Shown here piece after piece: positions 18,004 through 24,597 of a DNA stretch of 24,597 nt. The stretch covers positions 1-24,597 of the IMG/VR virus record IMGVR_UViG_3300038674_000137, one strand, 5' to 3'. Under the pieces are notes generated by a model that saw nothing but the letters and a program-made list of their open reading frames with translations, was not told the origin of the DNA and did no database searches. Source of the stretch: a virus (taxonomy: Duplodnaviria > Caudoviricetes). The position numbers were made by a program, and so were the translations under genes. How positions within the stretch are numbered: position 1 is the stretch's first letter; each line of letters starts with the position of its first letter.

Positions 18004-18392
18004 TGAATAAATGTAATTCAACGCACGTTACCCAGCACTGTGTCGAAGCAGATGGAAAGACGTTCAGAACACACTGCATTATATGTGGAGAACCCGCCGA
18101 CCCGTTTGTGAGTTGCAGGGAGCAGCTCTTAGAAACTGGTCTTGATGAAGAACTCGTCAAGTCTCTGACGGATGCCGAAGTACTCGTAGCTGCTAAGTAT
18201 GTGGATACAGAATTTACCTCTGCAGTAGGGGGTGAAGTTGTCAAGCTCATCATCGAGCAATTCCATAGTAATTCCTGCATAATAACTGAGGATTATATCC
18301 AAGTAATACTGGATAGTATCTACTCAGAATTGTCAGACCTTATCTCTGAAGCAATATACTACTGTATCCATGATGAAAATAACGAGAAGTAA
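18003..18392 (+). CDS. Hypothetical protein with an N-terminal zinc-ribbon-like motif
   Basis: SD AAGGAG; C...H ... CIICG. Confidence 0.7.
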   Translation: MNKCNSTHVTQHCVEADGKTFRTHCIICGEPADPFVSCREQLLETGLDEELVKSLTDAEVLVAAKYVDTEFTSAVGGEVVKLIIEQFHSNSCIITEDYIQVILDSIYSELSDLISEAIYYCIHDENNEK

Positions 18393-18395
18393 ATT

Positions 18396-18593
18396 ATGTT
18401 TATGAAAGAAAAGCGGGGCAATATTATCATCTGGAAACGTGCGTACATCTGTGCCAAGCGGATTCGTGGGAGACTGGTATGGTGTTATATGAATAAACAC
18501 TTCTGTACTGTCCATACATGCAAAATATGTAACAAGAAGTATATCTTGGATGACGCTGATATTCTTAGAAAGAGGGGGGTAATAAAGTACTGA
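18396..18593 (+). CDS. Small basic Cys-rich protein
   Basis: Five Cys including CKIC. Fills the operon gap, but the SD is weak. Confidence 0.5.
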   Translation: MFMKEKRGNIIIWKRAYICAKRIRGRLVWCYMNKHFCTVHTCKICNKKYILDDADILRKRGVIKY

Positions 18594-18688
18594 TGAAGAA
18601 CAGTGTACTACTGGATATTATTATCGGACTATGCTTTATACTCTGCTTTATGATTATATTTGGCATAGGTTTCGGGTTATTAGATTAA
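18593..18688 (+). CDS. 31-aa single-transmembrane peptide (not in ORF track)
   Basis: TGATG coupling and a G-rich SD. MKNSVLLDIIIGLCFILCFMIIFGIGFGLLD. Confidence 0.6.
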   Translation: MKNSVLLDIIIGLCFILCFMIIFGIGFGLLD

Positions 18689-18699
18689 AGGAGTGAATA

Positions 18700-18912
18700 A
18701 TGAAGAGTGAACTGACCGAGAAAATTAAGTGGAATATCAGAATTATTCTGACATGCCCGAACACCAATCAGGATGTAACTGTATCGGCGTATGATACTGT
18801 GCACGCTAACCAGGTTAAGTGCGAGCTGTGCGGTACACATGGGGAGATATACATAAGATTTAAATGTGTCCTGTGCGGAAAAGAACATAGAGTTTCCATA
18901 TCACGGTGGTAA
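18700..18912 (+). CDS. Small zinc-ribbon protein
   Basis: SD AAGGAG; CP, CELCG.H and CVLCGKEH. Confidence 0.75.
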   Translation: MKSELTEKIKWNIRIILTCPNTNQDVTVSAYDTVHANQVKCELCGTHGEIYIRFKCVLCGKEHRVSISRW

Positions 18913-19094
18913 AGGAGGTACATACTTTGAGAAATCAATGCTTTGTTTGCTATATGTATGACTGTATCGAAAGGAAGAAAGCAGTCGTAGACAGAAAATG
19001 CTGCAGATTGTGCGGAATACGAATGTCTTGTAAGGAATACAAAGGAGGAAGATTATATGTGTGCAACGAATTTAAATCAGAACAAGGAAAGTAA
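18906..19094 (+). CDS. Small Cys-rich protein (8 Cys)
   Basis: CFVC....C, CCRLC, C, C. Start uncertain. Confidence 0.55.
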   Translation: MVKEVHTLRNQCFVCYMYDCIERKKAVVDRKCCRLCGIRMSCKEYKGGRLYVCNEFKSEQGK

Positions 19095-19293
19095 AGAGAA
19101 GTACCGGCTACCGAATTTTTATAGTGGAGATGTCGAATGTGTAGCTGATACTCCAGAAGAACTGGTGAAGTACGTTCAAGAAAAAAGAGGAGAGCTTATG
19201 GGAGAAGCAGTCTATGAAATTTTTTATGGTTTACATCTGTCAACTACAAGTTTCTGGGAAAAAGTATTTAATAAAGGAGTGAATAATGGATAG
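19057..19293 (+). CDS. Hypothetical protein
   Basis: SD AGGAGG upstream; overlaps its neighbours in operon fashion. Confidence 0.6.
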   Translation: MCATNLNQNKESKEKYRLPNFYSGDVECVADTPEELVKYVQEKRGELMGEAVYEIFYGLHLSTTSFWEKVFNKGVNNG

Positions 19294-19645
19294 AATAACT
19301 TTGAATCCAAAGTATGGTCTTAATCCAACTATAGCAGTATGTATTATCTGCAAGAAAGAAAAAGACATGATTGTGTTACTGGGCAATACTTGTGAGGAAC
19401 AAGCACCAATGCACTCTGTCATTGACTTTGAACCTTGTCCGGAGTGCAGGGAAAAGTATTTAAAGAACGGAGTTATGCTTATAGAGTTCCGTAATGATAA
19501 CAAGACATATGTTGTAGCTGTCATTACAGAAACTGCTTTCAAGCGTCTCTTTAGCTCTGAAGTTCCGGCTGGTCGTATAGCTATAGTCGAACCAGGAACA
19601 TTCAGACAACTTGGTATAACAGAAGCCACGATAAAGGCGGGCTAA
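19286..19645 (+). CDS. Phage hypothetical zinc-binding protein
   Basis: SD AAGGAG. PKYGLNP....CIIC ... EPCPEC is a pattern recurrent in phage early proteins. Confidence 0.75.
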   Translation: MDRITLNPKYGLNPTIAVCIICKKEKDMIVLLGNTCEEQAPMHSVIDFEPCPECREKYLKNGVMLIEFRNDNKTYVVAVITETAFKRLFSSEVPAGRIAIVEPGTFRQLGITEATIKAG

Positions 19646-19657
19646 TAGGAGAATAAA

Positions 19658-19873
19658 ATGGGTAAAGCAAAGAGATTACATCGGGAAGCAGTACAAGCAG
19701 GTACAGAAAAGCCATTCAAACAGCCGATATGTACAGCTTTGGTTTATACTTGCGGGAAATGCGGTGACTCAGTAGGGGAGACAATGGTTCGAGACCATAT
19801 TCGTGACTGCTGGAAATACCCCATCAAGGATGATGAGCCTATACCTACTGAAGTAAAGCGAGGTATGGTTTGA
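19658..19873 (+). CDS. Small zinc-finger protein (C2HC-like)
   Basis: SD AGGAG; CGKCG.........HIRDC. Confidence 0.7.
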   Translation: MGKAKRLHREAVQAGTEKPFKQPICTALVYTCGKCGDSVGETMVRDHIRDCWKYPIKDDEPIPTEVKRGMV

Positions 19874-20049
19874 AAGCAAAGCTGCAAGTAAATGTTATGT
19901 ACTGTTGTGGCTGTGGTTTCAGAACGCTGTTCGTAGATACAGCAAAGGAACATGCTAACAAAGAGGGGCATACGTTAACAGCTACAGGGTGTATACGCCC
20001 CCTCAGTAAATGCGTGCCGAAAGGAAATTATGATAAAGAGAGTTATTAA
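19870..20049 (+). CDS. 59-aa C2H2-like zinc-finger protein (not in ORF track)
   Basis: TTG start overlapping the upstream TGA, SD GAGGT. CGCGF.......A.EH....GH. Confidence 0.6.
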   Translation: MKAKLQVNVMYCCGCGFRTLFVDTAKEHANKEGHTLTATGCIRPLSKCVPKGNYDKESY

Positions 20050-20224
20050 ATGCTCAGTATGCGGAGAAGCTGCGATTTTAGATAGCAGTTTGTCTGGAAA
20101 GTTTAATCAGTATTACTTCTGTGAAAGACACCATCACATTACAACTGTTATTCCAGACTATAATGAACCGGATAAATTGGCGGATAATCTTACGGAGGTG
20201 GAAATAAATGAAATATTAAAATAG
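20030..20224 (+). CDS. Small zinc-ribbon protein
   Basis: CSVCG ... YFCERHHH. Confidence 0.65.
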   Translation: MIKRVIKCSVCGEAAILDSSLSGKFNQYYFCERHHHITTVIPDYNEPDKLADNLTEVEINEILK

Positions 20225-20248
20225 CTTTGAACTCCTTTAAGGAGTATA

Positions 20249-20277
20249 TTGACAACACCTATGAGAACCCTTATATT
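20249..20277 (+). promoter_or_regulatory. Sigma70-type promoter of the ubiquitin-like operon
   Basis: TTGACA (20249-20254)-N17-TATATT (20272-20277), preceded by the inverted repeat ACTCCT-TTA-AGGAGT (20231-20245). Confidence 0.75.
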
Positions 20278-20343
20278 AGCTTTGTGTGTGGTAGATAGGT
20301 GAACAGCCTAAAATTAAAACTGCCATACCAAGAGGAGAAACAA

Positions 20344-20682
20344 ATGGAAATCGACAACATTCCTAATTCTGAACCGGTAGAGAGAGAAGTATTTGATATT
20401 ACTTTCACAGAAGTAACTGAAGAAACACCTGCTTTTGGGGAAAGTTTACCGGTAGTTCAGACCGAACAAGTATTCATTGAAACAGGTAGAGGAAACGCTG
20501 TTCCTGTTACTATCGGGAGTCCTTTCGTTCCCACCATTGCCGACATCGCCAACCATGCTAACTATGGCAGAAACTTCAGAGTATTCCTCAATGGTTCGGA
20601 AATCCTCAATCCGTCTGAAGCACCTGAGGTAATTCAGGCTAATCATCGCATCGTCCTGACCCCTTATGATAAAGTCGGGTAA
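20344..20682 (+). CDS. Ubiquitin-like (beta-grasp) protein with an acidic N-terminal extension, ending ...PYDKVG
   Basis: Start at ATG 20344 behind GAGGAG. The ~70-aa C-terminal domain has a strand-strand-helix-strand (FRVFLNG)-strand (RIVLTP) pattern and a terminal Gly. First gene of an operon with E1 and JAB. Confidence 0.75.
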   Translation: MEIDNIPNSEPVEREVFDITFTEVTEETPAFGESLPVVQTEQVFIETGRGNAVPVTIGSPFVPTIADIANHANYGRNFRVFLNGSEILNPSEAPEVIQANHRIVLTPYDKVG

Positions 20683-20742
20683 GTATATCGCTTAGCTGGT
20701 GAAAGTGTACGCATAAGTAGCCAGCTAATGAAAGGAGTTTAT

Positions 20743-21741
20743 ATGTCTTTAAGAAATAAAGAAGTGAGTAATGCTCTAGATTTACTTAACATCAGTCATG
20801 CTGTTGTTCTTGGAGTACATGAGAACTGTCCTTATGAGTCTAACTGTCCCCTGTCTATATCCCTTAGACGTATTGTAGCTGAAAGTGGCGTAACACTGGA
20901 AGCAATCGAAGAGACGCTTCATACCTACAATGAAAGAGCAGAAACACTCTTCCCAAATCCAGCAATTAGAGCTATTTCAGAAGAACTTGAACTCAATGTT
21001 ATGGGTGCGCTCGTAAAAGTACCTATCGAACAGTGTACAGAGTTACCACGAAAGCTTAAAGAGGGGTTAATACTGAAGATGAAACAGCTTGATGACGAGA
21101 TACAAAGAGTATTTGATTATACTTTATCTATACAAGCAGCTTATACCAGAGAAAGATTTCTTGTACGGAATACTCAGAAACTAATAATGCTGGATTATAA
21201 TCCAGTTATGTCTGAATCAGAAGGACTGTTCGTATATGCCAAAGACAACTGCTATAATATAGCTTTTAACCTCAAGTACAATCCTCAGTATATCATAGAT
21301 AATGGGGAAAGATACGAGATTTTAAAAGCTTATGAGCCCAGTCTCAAGCATGACTGGAAGCTGGTCTTTACCATAACCGCCGACTTTATGCTAGTCAAGG
21401 CTACTGTTATGGACAGGTACTACCAGAAGATGGTGCATTATCACGGAACAGCTTCTAGAGACTGTTGGGGTTCGATACGTATTGAGGGAACATGGGATAG
21501 GAGTATGGAGACGTTACGCAGGAAGAAAGCAGAACTAGAGGGAGCATTAACCACGATAAATTATAATAGTCTGTATACAAGGAATCCTGCGGGTATGCCA
21601 CCGATTGATGATTTACGAAGAACTGCTACGAAACTCGGAAGAGAGGGAGGAGAGGTTACACGAGTTCGGAGAAGTACACGTACTCTGCCGGTAGCTCCTG
21701 TAGCTAATACATGGGGAGAACTGATAGACAATGTTAGCTGA
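20743..21741 (+). CDS. Putative prokaryotic E2-like conjugating enzyme with an N-terminal helical extension
   Basis: Start at ATG 20743 behind AAGGAG. A beta-rich region is followed by HYHGTASRDCWG (Cys codon 21463-21465), equivalent to the E2 HPx...C.G active site, then helix-L..IN..S. Lies between the Ubl and E1 genes. Confidence 0.6.
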   Translation: MSLRNKEVSNALDLLNISHAVVLGVHENCPYESNCPLSISLRRIVAESGVTLEAIEETLHTYNERAETLFPNPAIRAISEELELNVMGALVKVPIEQCTELPRKLKEGLILKMKQLDDEIQRVFDYTLSIQAAYTRERFLVRNTQKLIMLDYNPVMSESEGLFVYAKDNCYNIAFNLKYNPQYIIDNGERYEILKAYEPSLKHDWKLVFTITADFMLVKATVMDRYYQKMVHYHGTASRDCWGSIRIEGTWDRSMETLRRKKAELEGALTTINYNSLYTRNPAGMPPIDDLRRTATKLGREGGEVTRVRRSTRTLPVAPVANTWGELIDNVS

Positions 21742-22387
21742 AGTATATGATAGACAACATTCACTGGAACTCAACATACCGGATGCTATTACTATAGTTG
21801 GAGTTGGAGGTATCGGTACATGGGTAGCTATTTACGCTGCTATGACAGGGGTAAAGAATATCTTTATCTTTGACCCAGACAATCTGGAAGTTACCAACCT
21901 GAACCGTCTACCTTTCTGTGAATACAGTGTAGGACAGCCAAAGGTTAATCTTGTAGTAGATTATGTACGTTCTATCAGACCGGACTGTAATATCATTGGT
22001 GTAGCCAGTAAGCTTGAGGGTATTCTTAAGAATCTGCAAATAGTAATGGGATACCCTGTTATTGAATGTACGGATTCGCCGAAGAGTCAGATAGAACTGT
22101 ATAAAGAATGTGTTGCTCGTGGTATTCCTTTCATCAGAGCTGGTTATGATGGTACACACATCACTGTTACCTCCAATGTATCTGGATGGGTACAAGCGGA
22201 TGATGAAGAACGAGCTACATATACCTTTAATCCTAGTTGGGTAGTTCCAGCATCGATTGTGGCAGCTTTGGCAGTAGCGAAGCTGTGTAAGTTTACGAAT
22301 CAGGAGGTATGTACAGACCTAAGCGAGATAGGCATACCGCAATTAAAGAAGAGTCAACCTCGAGTAAGTAACAGATGCAGGCAGTAA
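21731..22387 (+). CDS. ThiF/E1-family adenylating (Ubl-activating) enzyme
   Basis: YDRQ arginine finger, IVGVGGIG nucleotide-binding loop, FDPD.LE.TNLNR and ECTDS. Overlaps the upstream stop. Confidence 0.92.
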   Translation: MLAEVYDRQHSLELNIPDAITIVGVGGIGTWVAIYAAMTGVKNIFIFDPDNLEVTNLNRLPFCEYSVGQPKVNLVVDYVRSIRPDCNIIGVASKLEGILKNLQIVMGYPVIECTDSPKSQIELYKECVARGIPFIRAGYDGTHITVTSNVSGWVQADDEERATYTFNPSWVVPASIVAALAVAKLCKFTNQEVCTDLSEIGIPQLKKSQPRVSNRCRQ

Positions 22388-22420
22388 TATGTCTGCTAAA
22401 AAATAAAAAGGAGAAATATT

Positions 22421-23155
22421 ATGTGGGAAAATAAAGAGTATAAAGGCAATCTGCAGGCGTGTTCGCTTGCACCACTACCCAGAATACATGTAGCTAGAGA
22501 AGTGCTTGATAAAATAGAGATGTTAATGGATAGGTATCCCAGTACAGAATGGGTAGGGTATCTAACCGGAAATACTCAGAACAAAGAGCATTACTATATA
22601 ACAGGAATCAGTATCCCACCTCATGTGTCAAGGGGAAAAGCTTATGCGGAAGTAAAACCCCTGCATCAGCCGGATAACTGTATTGGATTAATCCACAGTC
22701 ACAACTCTATGGGTGCTTTCCATAGCGCAGTAGATAACGATTACGTAGACGATAACTACACCATATCATGTACTGTATCCAAAAAAATTAACAGCCATAC
22801 TGACTTCAGTACAATCGTAAATGTAATTACGCCCTGTAACCGGAACGTACAATACCACAATGTTATGCTTGAAACCGAAAGCAAGGAATCGGTTTATGCT
22901 GAATGGCTTGAAGAAGCAGTAGCAAATATCGAAATGGGTAGTCCTGATTACATTATCAGTAAGCAGTATATACACAGCTTAGGGCTTCCTGTTTACCCCG
23001 AAGAACCTACCCACGATAGTACAACAGAAGCACATTTCCAGTATACGGATGGAGAAGATACAGTTACGGTAACACCATTAACCGGAACAGTACATCCTGA
23101 AGACATAGAAAAGCGTAATAGAACTGTATTCTTTGATAAGAGAAAAAAGAAGTAA
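22421..23155 (+). CDS. JAB/JAMM (MPN+) metallo-isopeptidase
   Basis: EWVGYL plus HSHNSMGAFHSAVD (22694-22735) form a complete E...HxH-x7-S-x2-D JAMM motif. SD AAGGAG. Confidence 0.9.
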   Translation: MWENKEYKGNLQACSLAPLPRIHVAREVLDKIEMLMDRYPSTEWVGYLTGNTQNKEHYYITGISIPPHVSRGKAYAEVKPLHQPDNCIGLIHSHNSMGAFHSAVDNDYVDDNYTISCTVSKKINSHTDFSTIVNVITPCNRNVQYHNVMLETESKESVYAEWLEEAVANIEMGSPDYIISKQYIHSLGLPVYPEEPTHDSTTEAHFQYTDGEDTVTVTPLTGTVHPEDIEKRNRTVFFDKRKKK

Positions 23156-23199
23156 GCACAGCATACATCAAAGCTGATAGCGGCGTGAATAGTGTATGA

Positions 23200-23560
23200 G
23201 GCAAGAGGGGTTAGAACGTGAATGTCGATTAACACATCTGCCGATAGCCAGCAAGTTAATATGAATACAGTTGGCTGGTGTCCTTGAGGGAGCGTCACCG
23301 AAAGGCAGACCCCGAATATCGGAGTGAAGGTGAAACTAACCGAGCCAGCTAATTGTAGAGCTTACTGGGGTAAACTGAGCTGCGTGCCAGTATCCAGTAA
23401 GCGAAATGCCACACAGATGAAATGGCTATGGGCAGCCAGCACAATAATAGAAAGCTGTGTAAGTCAGTAGGTGCTGGCACAGTGCAGAGGGGGGTATCCA
23501 AAAGAGCAATCTGCGGGGATATTTTAGTGAAGGTGTAAGCCCTTCTAAGCCCCTCCTGTC
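23200..23560 (+). ncRNA. Candidate large structured ncRNA with a tRNA-like terminal domain
   Basis: No plus-strand ORF of 60 aa or more. At least six mutually compatible helices with G-U wobbles on the plus strand, including end-to-end pairing (see findings). Confidence 0.7.
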
Positions 23561-23582
23561 AAATAGGAAAGGAGAAAAGAAG

Positions 23583-23681
23583 ATGAACAAAATAAAATAC
23601 CCTTTTAAAGAATGCTTAAAATGTTCCAGCAAAAAGGAATGTTTAAAGAAGCCGAAATGTTTAGCAGGCAAGGATATTTAG
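23583..23681 (+). CDS. 32-aa Cys/Lys-rich peptide (not in ORF track)
   Basis: SD AAGGAG. MNKIKYPFKECLKCSSKKECLKKPKCLAGKDI. Confidence 0.55.
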   Translation: MNKIKYPFKECLKCSSKKECLKKPKCLAGKDI

Positions 23682-23693
23682 AGGAGTTAAGTA

Positions 23694-24098
23694 ATGGATA
23701 AACAGGAAGAACAAACAGAATCAGAATTTGGTAAAGGGTTAGTAATCTGTTTAGTTAAATTTGCGGAACATCGATGGAGATGGTATGAACAGAAGCGTTC
23801 GTATGAAGAAATGAGTATAAAGAATCCAGAATTATTTTCCGAAAGCGATGCTGTAGAATTGCATTTCAATGGGGCTTCCGACCATTTATATGAGATTGAA
23901 GTTCCTAAAGCATGGGAAGATACATCCATTGGCATTAAAGTAAAAGAATTACAGGACTTTGGATTACAAATTGGACACGGTTTTACTCATAGGAATTGGA
24001 CTGAATCTGATGTAAATAAGGCTTATGAATTATGCCAAGAAATCGCACTATTGATTGATGAAAAACTAGGATTAAAACCCTTAAAAGGCAGTTGGTGA
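23694..24098 (+). CDS. Hypothetical protein
   Basis: SD GAGGAG; 134 aa, predicted helical. Confidence 0.75.
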   Translation: MDKQEEQTESEFGKGLVICLVKFAEHRWRWYEQKRSYEEMSIKNPELFSESDAVELHFNGASDHLYEIEVPKAWEDTSIGIKVKELQDFGLQIGHGFTHRNWTESDVNKAYELCQEIALLIDEKLGLKPLKGSW

Positions 24099-24106
24099 GG
24101 TGATAG

Positions 24107-24597
24107 ATGTACATAAATAGAAAGACAGGGGAAAGGGTAGAAGTAAAACGAGTTGATGAGCATATAATGGCTGTGAATGACGGTAATGATGGTTGGCTAT
24201 CAATAACAATGGCAAACTTCAACGAGCAATATGGAGAGGCTATGATATGCCAACACAAATGTCCTGATTTATCTGATTGTGGCGGGAATCATAATATCCC
24301 CCATATTAAAAATAGATGGTGTGCAGAAGGGTGTTTTGGTTATCCCTGTATTCCCTATATCCCCGAAGAACAGAAAGCAGACAATGAGCCTGTATTCCCT
24401 GTTTGTGGTACTTGTAATGCACGGAAAGATGCTAACGCCTGTGATACACAAGGTAATCTAGGCGGTACTAAAGAGCCTAAGCCTAATCTCTTGTTATCAG
24501 ATGAGGAGATAAGGGAACTAATCAGGGTAGGATTATCTAAGGATTGGGTAGTAATGGAATACTCAAAACTATTACTACAAAATGAGCTAGACCACCT
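24107..24597 (+). CDS. Cys-rich hypothetical protein, truncated by the window end
   Basis: SD GAGGTG. Open frame MYINRKTGERVEVK... runs to the end of the window without a stop. Confidence 0.7.
   Translation, partial: MYINRKTGERVEVKRVDEHIMAVNDGNDGWLSITMANFNEQYGEAMICQHKCPDLSDCGGNHNIPHIKNRWCAEGCFGYPCIPYIPEEQKADNEPVFPVCGTCNARKDANACDTQGNLGGTKEPKPNLLLSDEEIRELIRVGLSKDWVVMEYSKLLLQNELDH

Larger units (their letters stand above)
1..24597. mobile_element. Caudoviricetes-type phage genome segment (morphogenesis arm plus divergent early/accessory arm)
   Basis: Terminase-portal-scaffold-capsid synteny, dense small ORFs with Shine-Dalgarno sites, and no host housekeeping genes. No integrase is visible, so free phage and prophage cannot be distinguished. 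Confidence 0.95.

Noticed and set aside
18906-19094. RING-type E3 ligase
   Set aside because: It has eight Cys, but the spacing does not fit C3HC4 or C3H2C3 and there is no appropriately placed His.
21731-22387. Thiamine or molybdopterin biosynthesis gene (thiF/moeB) as an auxiliary metabolic gene
   Set aside because: No thiG, moaE or rhodanese neighbours, no zinc CxxC motifs, and the partner ends in VG rather than GG. The E2-like and JAB context favours conjugation.
23200-23560. Canonical tmRNA, tRNA or RNase P RNA
   Set aside because: No G3-U70 pair, UUCRA T-loop or CCA end, and no GAGGAAAGUCC RNase P signature. Kept only as an unclassified structured RNA.
22993-23671. Minus-strand ORFs 22993-23298 and 23426-23671
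   Set aside because: They oppose the local transcription direction, overlap plus-strand genes and are better explained by the structured RNA.
24279-24461. 60-aa plus-strand ORF from the track
   Set aside because: It lies inside a longer SD-supported frame starting at 24107 that runs off the window.

Overview
The window is part of a tailed dsDNA bacteriophage (or prophage) genome with two divergent arms. The left arm (1-15138, minus strand) is a morphogenesis operon: probable small terminase, large terminase, portal, a 2149-aa probable internal-virion protein with an HExxH metallopeptidase motif, scaffold, major capsid, two cement/decoration-like proteins, a small membrane protein and tail-associated proteins. 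The right arm (15249-24597, plus strand) has sigma70-type promoters, a SemiSWEET/PQ-loop-like membrane protein and a run of small Cys/His-rich ORFs. It also holds the most striking feature: a separately promoted four-gene ubiquitin-like conjugation operon (Ubl ending in Gly, E2-like, ThiF/E1, JAB peptidase; 20344-23155). Directly behind that operon is a ~360-nt highly base-paired non-coding region with a tRNA-like terminal domain. I found no GATC anywhere by manual scan. All protein calls come from motifs and synteny recognised by eye; no database searches were run.
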